Positions 23,066 to 35,400 of a stretch of 64,000 bases of DNA are shown one piece after another. This stretch comes from Macrostomum lignano. Its lineage: Eukaryota. The notes below the pieces were generated by a model, which was not told the DNA's origin, did no database searches, and saw only the letters and a program-made list of their open reading frames with translations. The stretch's first letter is position 1; each line of letters starts with the position of its first letter. The position numbers and the translations under genes are program-made. The stretch is from the NCBI GenBank assembly GCA_002269645.1, contig NIVC01000494.1:506128-570127 (forward strand). Direction: 5' to 3'.

Positions 23066-25923
23066 TCACATCATCTCAAAATCGGTGGTGCCTCCACGAG
23101 TAGAATTTCCCAATCCACCAGTGGCCACTCGTCCTTGTCGAATTCCCAGCGGGTCAAGTAGCAGCCGACGCATCACATGGCTGTAGCCGCGTCTGAACTC
23201 ACGGTTGGTGACGCCGTACAACAGGAAGTTCAGTGACGAATTCACGTGAGCCAGCAGAACGGCGTAGGCGTGAGCGTGAACGGGCATGACGTCGCTAGTA
23301 TCCAGCAGTACCAACAGTCCATACGGCGTCCACAGTACAACTAGAGAGGCGAACGCCAAGAATAGAGTCCGCGCCAGACGAACCGACGAAGCTCGAGCGC
23401 CGTTCGATCCGCCGTCGTTGTTGTTTGAGTCGCCGATTCGTTTCGAATGGCTTCTCACAAACAAGAAGATCGCCGCGTAGCAGGCGGCGATGACGCAGCT
23501 CGGGATGCCGACTCCGATGGAAATCAGCAGCGTTGTGTAGACTCGATTTGCCATTCGATTAAACAGGCATTCAAGGTTCTTCCTATCGAAAATGTGGCCG
23601 TCCATGATGATATAGTTGTGCAGCTCCATAACCCAGCTGGCCAGCCAGAGGCAGACAATCATGATGGCAGTGTTGCGCTTAGTGTAGATTTTCTTGTACC
23701 AGCGGAACTGACAGATGCAGACGTAGCGGTTTATGGCGATGCTGCACAGGCTGAGTAGCGAGCAGAAGCAGGAGACGAGACAGAGCGAGCCGATGGCTGT
23801 GCAGAGGGCCGGGCGGTCAGTGAAGTAGATCTCACCCATGAGGATGCCTGTTGGTATGAAATTAGGTATTTACCCCGTTAAATGCATCATCAGCCTCAAC
23901 TCCGCACCAAACTGACTGCTAGCAATTGATAACTTGTCGGATCAGTTAAGTAGAAACGCCGATCCTAACTAGGGTCCCTTCCTTGGCTCCCGGATGATGA
24001 AGGAGATAGTTCGAAGAATAGGATTTCAAAAGACCGGATATTAAAAGCGCGTGATCGAATTGCTTCATGGCCCTTCCGCACCAGATCGAACCAGATCAAA
24101 GTTGACCTTTATCAAGGTGGCTATAATATACAAATTTCGAAATTTAGCATCATCATATCGACAGATTGGAGGTATTACAGAAAATCTGCAGTCAAATTAA
24201 GGTAAATTTTATCTGGGCTTGAGAAATCAGCTTAATGAGTGATAAGGCATAGCATTAACTGACCGGATATAATAGTGTACAAGGGCAGACAGCTCTCGTC
24301 ATCGCGACCCGTGGTTCGATTCAGTGGAGCGGCCACATTAATTTGGGCTTGTACAGTAAAATTGGCGAGCGTGTGCTTGAGTGCATGCCTGCACAGGAAT
24401 CAACGGAACATGGTTTGTTACATGGTTATGGGACTATGTCGCCGAAGGCGTTGTGTAAGGCTATATTCTTCACAACAGGAAGTCGGCGGTCGCGTATGCT
24501 TTGTTAGCTAGAAAAGTGATTGTGATTGTTGACTAAATGCACCAAAAGATATTGAAGATGTCAAAACTGAGTACTTGTGAACGGACTCCTGATAGCTGAG
24601 TTTTCAGCTTGCAAGAAGGTCTGCAACTGTATCCAAGAAATCGATTAACATCCTGCAGCACACTCAGTATTAAAGATGTTTGCTCAGTGAGCATGGCTGA
24701 ATCGAAGACGCTGAGTTGCATGCAACACGCAAACAGCTCCTCGTCATGGTTGCATTAGTTGGGAGCAAACAATGTCCGTGCATGCATGGTATCTACATAA
24801 AAAAGATTGGACCCTAGCCTTGCATATATGCGACTGACTGCTTGGCCAGAAAAACAATTCTATTGTAGGTTTGAATGATTTAGAATTAACAAAGGAGAAT
24901 TGTTTACATAAACCAGCTCATAATCTAATGCGCTCTTGAATGGTCGAAGCAGAAATTTTGTTCATCTTCATTGCCCCAGGTGTTTGGAAAGGATGTTTTC
25001 AAGCATCAATGTTTTCAATGTTTTAATTGTATTCAATGTTTTCAATTGTTTTTCATCCATTTATTACATGCGTTCCCTGTCCTGTGTCCTAAAAATACCT
25101 TCTAATCCACTTGGAAGCTATAGTGGCCACTGACTGATCTTAGCGACCTTGAAATTTCATCAGCACGTCCATCACGCGTCTGCAGTGTGTGACTTTAGTT
25201 GGAGTTTCTGAACCTTCAAGTGGCACCAGGATGACTGACTATTATAGGCAAAACTTAAGTGCTATGCTTTTTAAAGTATACGCTTGTACGCTCGTAGTCT
25301 CCCAAGCAATCGGTCATTGTCCTGATTTCGTCGGCACCTGTAACAGGTGATAATACTAGTAGGTGACTATGGACATCCCGGTTGGGACAATGTCCAACTT
25401 TTCTGATCATTGAGGCAAAACTCAAACTGCTAGGAATATTTAACTAGTCTGTGAAGCAGTCATGCAGTCATCTTGCCATCGGCAGATACAACAGGTGTGC
25501 ATTTACCCACAATGCCAAACGGGTTGGACATAATGGTGATGAGCAGGTCCGATACGGCCAGGTTGACTACGAATGCGTTTCCAGCAATGCGCAAAGGCTG
25601 AAATCGTAAGAAAAGCCGATCACTCACTATTAAAGTTGACTCATAAGCATGAATCATTAACAAAAGCAATCTTAATATGCACCTTCCACATGGCGACAGA
25701 GCAGATTACCAGAATGTTTCCGCAGGTGCCAAACACTGACCCGAATACGAGCAGCACCATTGCTGGGTAAAAAATCTCTGTGGGAATTTTGTTGAGATAA
25801 AATTGTCCTCTTACTCATTGAAGCTACAACAGCAAGCAAGTAGGACTCACCAGGATAGCTCAATGCGGACCAAACAGCCACGGAACTTCCATTGATTCCT
25901 GGAATCAGGCTGCCAGCTTCCAT
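23066..25923 (-). CDS. Rhodopsin-family GPCR, melatonin-receptor-like, 346 aa, 4 exons
   Basis: Exons 25923-25851, 25777-25683, 25597-25507, 23847-23066 (phases 1,0,1; 1041 nt). TM1 GNILV, TM2 NLAVSD, TM3 AINRY (NRY variant), TM6 LWTPY, TM7 NSSLNFLLY followed by NREFRRGY. NRY and a non-NPxxY TM7 are typical of melatonin-type and related invertebrate receptors. Confidence 0.9.
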
Positions 25924-27039
25924 GCTGATAAGAATCTCTACTGATTAAACTCTGAAGAAAAACAGCAATTATCATCAATAACGCTTGATGAGGCTAGCTA
26001 GTTATTCAAAATTTTATCTACATGTACGGAATCGAAGAAGCCGCAATTGGACGATGCAGAATAAGCACAAGCCAATGAGATTTTGTCGTTTATTCTCATC
26101 AGATTCTGAGCTGGAGATAACCGAAGATATGCGATGCTATTAGGCCGGCAATTATGAGTACCTTTTCTCTTCTAGCGTTTCATTTTGCTGACGCGGAATC
26201 AGCCAACTATATAATTAGCAAATTAATTGGTAAATTTTCAATTATTTCATCTTTACGACAGCTGAAGAAAAGCGGTTCGCGCGATTCTGAACTCATTGAT
26301 CTCAGAGCACGGACGTCCGTTGAAATATTAGATACCGTATATAAGAGGTCCAGAACTATGCAGCACCAATGACAAAGCAAAATCGAATTTCTAAATTTCG
26401 AATTAATGTAACGATATATATCCAGTTCGACGATAAACTCATGTGCACCTCACAATATCGAAAGTCTAGCTTTGTCAAAACATTGTGAATTACATGTAAG
26501 TGCTGCATGTAAGGCTGGATGAGTATTTAATGACGTTTGAATGTCAGAAAAAAGTTACGTATCCGGAATTTTTATATCTGCTAAAAACCACATGCAATCA
26601 TCCCTAATTGCTACTAAAAAGACCTAGCTCATTGAAAAAAATTCAATATGGGTCTCTAATTGTCCAAGCTTCATCATTAAAAATCATTGATTAATTCTGT
26701 CGTCACGACTGCTCAAAATCCCAGCCAGCTACGTGTAATTCGTGCTTCCGGGATAGCTCGTAATTACAGGATCTGAATGGTTTTCTGCCGATACCGAGGA
26801 CGCGGAGTACTTTTTATCTATATAATTAGTCTGCTTGACGCACGAAGAAATTGTCTAATTGCAGTATGGCAGCTACTCAAATCAGATTATTGGAGATGGA
26901 GATTGTTGACAAAACTTTATAAGTCCACGAGAGAGAAAAATATAATTACCGAGTATCATCTACTTTCTTGCTTTTGGACCCAATTCTGAACGACTGGTAA
27001 CTGGTAAATCTGGTGTGTACAGATCGGTGTGTGCAGACA

Positions 27040-30000
27040 CATATCATATATACATGCATGTCTGTTGACGACGCCGTTTTTGACGACGCCACCCGAAGCG
27101 TCACCTCTGCGGGGCTCGACCAACGAAATCGGCTTATCTGGCCCACGATCAACTCCCTAACTGGCCGCAAGAAGAAAATGGCGCTGAACTTGACCGGCGA
27201 TACACCAGAGGCGCGCAGAAACGAGCTGCGCGACTTTTTCGCTGATATTGTCAACGCGCCGCCACCGCCTCTGCCAGAAGCGATGCCATTGCCGCTCGAG
27301 ACGGCGCTGCCGTAGAAGTAGGATTTCAACACTCAGCCAGTGACCAGCAACGACGTAGTGCAGTTCGCTTGCCAGGCGCCGGGAGGTAGTGCCCCGGACC
27401 CGACGAGGTGCTTATCGAGGCGCTGCGAGTCACAAGGGTCGCCACTGAGGTGGCTCGTGTGATAAACGGCGTCCTCTCTTGAGGTGGAGGCCGCGCCCCG
27501 CGAGTGGGCAACTGCGCACATCGTCGCGATTCCAAAGAAGACAGACACGACACGGAAGAAGGAGAACAGGGGGATCTCGCTTATGTCCTGCGCCGCAAAG
27601 CTTTAGCCTGTGCTGGACCATTTTCTGCACCCTGAGCATGCAGAACGGATTCCGCCCACATCGAGGTACAGTGACGCAGATTCAGTAGCCCTCCGCCGCA
27701 TCATCGAGGAGGCGCGGATCAATCAGTCAAGTCTCGTGGGGATCTTCGTTGATTTCCTCAAGGCTTTCGACTCGTTGGTTTGCGGCGCGCTGCTTCGCGC
27801 ATACAATGTACTGGAGCAACTGATTTTCGCCATCATGGCGATGTATCAGGACACGACCGCTTCGGTGATGACGCGAGATGGACTGTCGGACCAATTTAGC
27901 ACGGTTGTCAGGCGTGCTGCAGGGTGCCTTTCCTGCTTGTGCTGGCACTGGATTGGGTGCTGAGAACCAGCCTGCTCAACACGGATGATGGCTTCCTGCT
28001 GCGAAGACGCACGAGTATGCGGCACCCGGAGAAGCGGCTCTCCGATATCGGCTACGCGGACGACCTCGCGCTGCTGTCATCGACGGCTGAAGGCGCCCAG
28101 CGGCTGCTGGATGGATCGGGAGTCCGCCTCAATCGAAGACGGTAGTCTTCACGGTGCCTTCCGACCTGCCAGCCGAGATCAATTACACCGAGACGCTGCC
28201 GGGGATGCAGTCGCTTACCTGTTGCCTGCGGTTCCTGTATCTCGGCGGCCTCGGGCCGGACGTTGCTGACGACCCGGTGAGACGCTGAGACCTGGACCCT
28301 GACGGACGCTTTGGAGAGGCAGCTGGACGCTGCGCATGCGGCCATGCTGCATGCGGCGCTCAGAGTGCGCAGCGGTCCAGGCAGCAAGACCAGCGAGATG
28401 CTCTACGCAAGGGCGCGCCTGATGCGGCCTTCTGACCTGCTGCGCTGGCGGCGACTTCAACTGGCTGGTCACGTCATCAGGTCGGCCTCCGCTGCCCTGA
28501 GCCGCAACCCGAAGAGCTGATGCTCAAGCTGCATGGGACCGCGCAGGGTAAGGCCAAGGACGCGAAAGACGAGATATATCCTGACAGGCTTAATTTGACC
28601 GATGCTGCCCGATCAAAAAAAGTTGGCTTAATTATGTCTTAAAGATGTCTTGCATAAGACAGAAAGATGTCTTCAAGACATCTTACAATTGACTTAATTC
28701 GGTCTAAAAATTGGCTCCTTGCAACACTTGTAGACAACTTAGAGATAACTTAAAGACGTCTTCAGACATCTTCAAGACATCTTAAAATCTACTTAAAGAC
28801 ATCTTCCAGATGACTTGCAAAAGACGTCTTGCCCAAGATCATTTTAGAAATGCTGTTGCCATTGCAATCACAGTTGTTTAAAAGAAAAATGACTAAAAAT
28901 ATTACAGCACTCTATTGTTTCGTTTCAGGCAATATTGATATGAAAGAGAAGCTATTTAGTAGGCTTCTAAACATGGTTCAATGTAATTTATGATTTATGA
29001 TTTATATTTTCATTTTATAAAAGGCACAGTTTAAAAGTCACTGAAGCAATAAAAAGGTGAATCAAAAACAAGTTAAAATACACTAAATAAAAATGCAAAA
29101 ATACTCAAGTGCAAGTGTATAATTTTATAATGCATCATACCCAGTCATTGCATGGAAATACTTGGTTAATGCAATAATGACTAAGTTGCTCATTGCTTGG
29201 TGGAAAACTTGCTGTAAATTGATCCTTTGCTAGCCAACTACTAGTTTAGAATTGGCTCAATCCAGGAAGATTCAAGATCCAGGTTAGCTTCCACTATGAT
29301 GGATAGCATGTGTTGATAAGGCTGAAAAGGATAAGTTTAATAAAGGTTATAGTTTATAGGTTGTTAGGCTGAAATAATTTGAAATTCATAAGTAAAAAAA
29401 CAATAAATATTAAATAATAGATTATTATACTAATATACTTTAAAAATCTAATAAATAAATTGCCTAGGCCCCTACTATATATTCACACAAGTGTATCATA
29501 CAATAACTTTGCCTTAGGCTTAAATACATAGGCTAAAGCTTAGGGCCTAATCTCAAAGCAAAATAAAAAGATTAGAATATCAATTTTATATAAAACTTCT
29601 AGGCATACTAACTCTATTTATTCTCTATTAGGCCTAATCCAATTTTTGAATGTGATATAGGCCTAATATTAAATTATAAGGCTATATCTATTTTTTATTT
29701 AAATTTTCATTGGCCTAGCCAAGAAAAAAGCACTAATGACTAGGCCTAATATTCAAAATATTGATATATTGAAAACATCATATATATGCCATTAGCCAAT
29801 AATAAAGGCAAAGAGGAAGCAACATATAAAGGCCTATAGGCCAAGGTTTTCTTTTTTGCCAGAGACAAGGTGCAAAAGTGCACTCTATACTCATTTTTAT
29901 AGTGCAATTTTAAGGCTCAAAGTGCAATTTCTTATTTTTCTTATTTTAGGGCAATGCAAATGAGGCTTCAAGTTTAACATAAAAACAGGTTATAAGACTG

Positions 30001-31531
30001 TCCCTAAATTGCAATTTTCAATTTCTGGGTGCAATTTTAAATTAAAAGTGCGTATACACACTCTACATATAAAAAATGAACCTAGCTATTGGCTCATGGA
30101 AATTATTTATTACTTTTGACATAAAAATCAAAACAAAAACTATTTAGGCCTAAGGAAGAAGCTAGGGCCTATCTAAGGCTAAGAGGCCTACAACAGAACA
30201 AAATAGCCTAATAAGCCAATTCAACAACTATAAAACTTTGACTTTAAAAAGCCAGAAGTAAATAAAACATATATTTTTAGTTTTAGGCCTAGTACATGGG
30301 CCTCTAGTTAATGCCTGAATCTTTTAAGGCCTAACTTAAAATGTAAACATGACTATGCATTAGTTAACTAGTGCTTACTAGTGCTAGGCATAGCAATAGA
30401 TATGCAGTAGGCCTAACTAAAAAAACATTGCATCCAAGGTCCAATTTAAAATTTTAATTTTTGAGTCAGGATGTTACATAGCATTTCTATTGCCTATTGC
30501 ATAAAAACATTTCTGGCCAATCTGGGTTTTTTGCTGGTACCTGGCACTAGAATATGAAATACAATCCTAGAAGCTATCCAAGGAAGAATTAGTAAAAAAT
30601 ACTACTAGGAAGGTCTAATTTGAGGATAGTAGATGTAGCTCGTATCATCACGAATAGTAATACACTATCGCATTAAGTAAAGATAAATCTAGGGTAGGGC
30701 TTACACCAGAAATCTATATAGGCTATAGCAGCCAATGAAAAATTGAAACTTATCACAAAAGATAGAAGCAAGTGTTCGACAATTAGGCGGCCTTCACGGT
30801 CACAAGGTTGTCTTTTGGTCCTTTTTAAAAAATGTTGTTCCGCCATATTGATTTTAGCTGTTTTTAACAAAAGCATCACCGATATATATTGCAACTTTGT
30901 CTTTTTTAATGCTTAGCTGTTTAGAATTTTGTAAATATATTTGCTCCAATCAAAACTGTTGTAGTTAAACTTTGTCTTAGAGTTTGTAACGACTTAATAC
31001 AAAAAATTGCATATAATTGCACTCCAAAAGCGTAAAGGATTTTTAATAATAGGCACACCTTCCACAGACTACAATACAACAAAATTTTTAGATAAATGTC
31101 ACAATAGTTGCTTGTTTTATTTTTTATTGATTTTAACAATCTGGATAAATTTGTATCTGAAACTTCCTACTTACAGTAGAAACAGTTGTTTATGTAAATT
31201 TTTAGTCTTTAAGGTGATGTCTTAAAGATGTCTTCAACAAGACATCTCATAAAAGTCAATTTCAAGTCATCTTCAAGACAACTTTATCAGGATAGCTTGT
31301 GGAAGCAAATTGTTGAAGATATCTTGAAATTGTCTTGAGGTGTCTTTAGCCATCTTAAGACAATTCTAAGACGTCTTAAGACAACTTCTTTTTGATCGGG
31401 TGGCGCCCCGGACCAAGCTGGGGGTGTGACTTTTAGAGAGCTATGGCCCAGAGACGCGCTCTCTGACTTCTCTCCCCCTTTCTGGCCCCTGTGTGGATGG
31501 CGGGTGAAGTATTTTTGTCGTTGTTGTTGTT
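27040..31531 (+). mobile_element. Decayed, 5'-truncated non-LTR retrotransposon (RTE-like) interrupted by a DNA transposon; pieces ~27040-28607 and 31403-31531
   Basis: RT motifs in shifting frames: APGPDEV, AHIVAIPKK...NRGISLMSCAAK, GIFVDFLKAFDSL, PFLLVLALDWVLR, LSDIGYADDLALL, RRLQLAGHVIR. Removing 28608-31400 and one TG restores ACC GAT GCT GGC GCC CCG GAC (TDAGAPD); ends in a (GTT)n tail. Confidence 0.85.
28608..31400. mobile_element. Non-autonomous EnSpm/CMC-type DNA transposon (2793 bp), 2-bp TSD
   Basis: TIRs CCCGATCAAAAA...TTTTTGATCGGG, TSD TG at 28606-28607 and 31401-31402, many subterminal AAGA(C/T)GTCTT/AAGACATCTT motifs at both ends. CCC...GGG ends with 2-bp TSD fit animal EnSpm/CMC elements. 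No transposase ORF seen. Confidence 0.88.
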
Positions 31532-32439
31532 CTGTGCATGCAGAATAATCTTGATGGCCAAAAATATTGTGACTGTATAATAGAACGAGAGGGATATGCG
31601 TCTCAGATTGAGCAGTTTGTGCAACTCGGCCCTTGTCATGAAAGAAGACTGCTGGCATGTACAACTGATCCCTATGAAATCGAAATTAATTTTAAGGACT
31701 GATAAAAATCTCTGGAAGCTGGTAACTACTTTCGCATGGGCAGCATATCTCTCTAATGCTCCAATCTCTAATCTCTAATTTCCTTGTAGCTTAAGGTTAA
31801 TTTTGACCTTAAGCTACAAGAAAAATGTTTCTTAGTCCTTTCTTTCTATTTAGTAAGCTTTTATTTCCAAAAACACGACTGTTTGACGTCTAATGAAATA
31901 CGTTTCTTACGGCTTTTATCATTATATAACAACAAAAAGCACAAATAAGATACAAAAGATCTATACTTCTGATCTGTAAAGATACATATAATTTAATTTA
32001 ATTTTTTTAATAATTTATAATAGCAAATAAATTTACAAAAAAATTGTTGATACAGAAACTGCAGAAGTTCGGTTTAGTTAAACACTTGTGATTTAATAAC
32101 TCGACACCGGCTCTGATCTGTGTTTCTGGTAATTGAACGCTTAATTATATTTCGTATACTTTGGCTTTTACTATATTCTACTAGTGAGTATTTTTGTTTT
32201 TATAATTTAGACTTCAAATTACGTCTTTAAGAGAAGTCTATGCTGCTCTAGAATTAAATATTAACGATTTATACGACTAAGGCAGTAATGGGAACGCTAG
32301 CTACTGTAGAGTGTAGAAGAGGGTAGACGGTTGTTCTTGGTGGAATGATAATGGTTGAAAATTGTTACTAGCTAAAAAAGCACACATTAATATATAATCT
32401 TTCAAAATAGAATGCCCAAATCGAATATTTTTCAGCACA

Positions 32440-35400
32440 ATGAGCTCAAAAGGAACTCAAACGAAGAAGGGAGGAAAGAAGAAGCACAAGAAGATGACAC
32501 GAGCAGAGCGAGCACAAGTAAGTCAAAACTCCTGTGCTTTTAGCTTAAACACCATGTAGAACTATAACTATTTAATGGGTCTATAATACTTTTTTGTAAG
32601 TATTTAATAAGTAAATAGAAAATTCAAATTGTGACAACTAAATGGTGACAACGATACGAACACGGAGTAACAGCAAAGATCCTACATTTCGCACTGTAAT
32701 ATTAGATTCTGATAATGTATACAACAATTGCGGTAAGCTTACCGCATTATCTTTGCATAAAGTTTAACTACTGACATTGAAAATTGTACCAATTTTAGGC
32801 TGAAAAGGCGGTAAGTGAAGTTTATACTATACTTTTTACTGTTTATATTTTTCTAATTTGTAATTAGCTCTTTAGCTTTTTCATACTTTATAAAGAATGT
32901 TTTACCCAAATTTCTGCACTTCATTATATTTCTTTATTCATTCCTTTGAATTTGCCTACATGCCTTGCCCTTGCCCTTGTGTGTTTGCATTAATTATTTG
33001 TGTAGTATTGTGCACAAAAATTTCACCTTTACAATATTTCTGGTATTATAGATTTAAGGATTTGTAGAAAACAAGTTAGTAAAGAGTAAAAGTCTGTTAA
33101 TATTCATAAAAATTATGTCACGTCATATATAAGTCTAACGAAGTTTGTTCTATTTTAATTTAATAATTTAAATACACATGTTTTTGCAAGTAATTTGTTA
33201 TTAATATCTGTTTTGTTGCTTCTATCTCATAAATCATGTACTTTCATATTTTTTGAAGATATGCTAGTATATTAAAGCTGTTCTGTGGAAGTATTAAAAT
33301 GCTTACTATCGATGTTATTCCTTTTTTGTTTAGTGTGCAAATAAAAATTACTCCATTTATGAGTTCTGTTTTTGTAAAGTTTGTGACATATACTCAAGTT
33401 TTCTTGTAGCAGTCATTGTTTTCCGACGCATTTTTATTATCTGAAAGTAAACATTAAAAAACACGAGCCAAATTTATAACATACTAAAATATGTTTATGC
33501 ATTTACTAGGCTCAACTGGCCAAGATGATGGAAGGCTACAAAGCTGACCAGCAGCGCTACAAAGAGTTTGTCAACCGGGTGGACAATTGGTTCACCCAGA
33601 ATTGCAAAGTCATGCTCGAACTGTTCACTAAGTTTGATCGCGACGGGAACGGCACTCTGGATTATGACGAATTCAAAGCAGGTGCGAAACGTGTTTGATG
33701 TTGTGGTACTAACAGTATTTTCACTAATGAGGTCTTAGCACGTATACCACACGTAACACCACGTAGACAACTGAAAATATCGGATCAAAAGAGTTCTGAA
33801 TAGGCCTTTAAATGTCGATAAAACTGCAGTAGACAAAAAAGTTTCCTTGTAAGCTGCCAAATGCTACAATAAAACCGAAACCCTTCTCCCCCATCGCAGG
33901 CATGCTCGACATGAACATACCATGCAATTTGATCGAGTTGCACCTGCTCTGCACTTTGCTCGATGCCGATGGCAACGGCGACATTGACTACGACGAGTTT
34001 GGCAACGGGATCAAACACTTCAAGTGAGTTAAGAAATCGTCGCTTATCCATGCAGAGTTTCGTTCTTAATTCTTGCTAATAGTTTCAGTTATCCAGACAT
34101 TTTTGAGAAGAAATATTTTTTTAGATTTTTTAGGCTTTTGGTAAACATTCTGATCTGATGTGTGGTTAATCTGGCCTAGTTAATCATCAGGATCCAAGCT
34201 TTTGTAATTTGTTAATCTATTTCTTACTCACTGTGTTTCTAATTATTGTATAGCGTGTGCGGTGTCTCACTTCATCGTAGGTGGTGTGATTTCTAACTTT
34301 TCAAACTTTTTAAAGCACTACGACATTAAGTATACACTGTACGAGTGTACGTGAATGCTGTGAGAGTTAGAAAATGGGTTTTTTGGGGGAGGGGCAGTAT
34401 GGCGTGAGGTGTCTGCTGTGGGGGTTAGAAAAGTAGAGTTTCTGGGGGGCATGGCGTGGGGGCTGCTGTGAGGGGTAGGAAAGTGGGGTTTCTGGGGGGA
34501 CAGCATGGTGTGAGGAGGCTGCTGCTGTGAGGGGTAGGAAAGTGGGGTTTCTGGGGGGACAGCATGGTGTGAGGAGGCTGCTGCTGTGAGGGGTAGGAAA
34601 GTGGGGTTTCTGGGGGGACAGCATGGTGTGAGGAGGCTGCTGCTGTGAGGGGTAGGAAAGTGGGGTTTCTGGGGGGGGGACAGCATGGTGTGAGGAGGCT
34701 GCTGCTGTGAGGGGTAGGAAAGTGGGGTTTCTGGTGGGGGGACAGCATGGTGTGAGGAGGCTGCTGCTGTGAGGGGTAGGAAAGTGGGGTTTCTGGGGGG
34801 ACAGCATGGTGTGAGGAGGCTGCTGCTGTGAGGGGAAGGAAAGTGGGGTTTCTGGGGGGGACAGCATGGTGTGAGGTGGCTGCTGTGAGGGGTAGGAAAG
34901 TGGGGTTTCTGAGGGGGGAACAGCATGGTGTGAGGTGGCTGCTGTGAGGGGTAGGAAAGTGGGGTTTCTGAGGGGGGAACAGCATGGTGTGAGGTGGCTG
35001 CTGTGAGGGGTACAAAAGTGGGGTTTCTGGTGGGGGGAAGCATGGCGTGAGGTGGCTGCTGTGAGGGGTAGGAAAGTGGGGTTTCTGGGGGGGGGGCATG
35101 GCGTGGCTGCTGCTGTGAGGGGTAGGAAAGTGGGGTTTAGGGGGGCATGGCGTGGGGGCTGCTGCAAGGGGAAGAAAAATCATGGAATTGTTTAGAAAGA
35201 TGGAATAGGATTGCAATTAACGTGGGTTGAATAAATTAAAATCTAATTTTACACAAAATATAGTTTTTAAATAATGCACTAAACAAACTACAATTATTCT
35301 GGATGGTTTTTATTGAAGCTTTATAATTAATTTGCAAACAATTTGTCTTTTTCTAGCGCGTTTATGAAGTTGATTGTTTGATAACCGATACTCACACATT

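Noticed and set aside
34318-35216. Three overlapping Pro/His-rich minus-strand ORFs
   Set aside because: Antisense translations of the G-rich minisatellite; no splice or start context.
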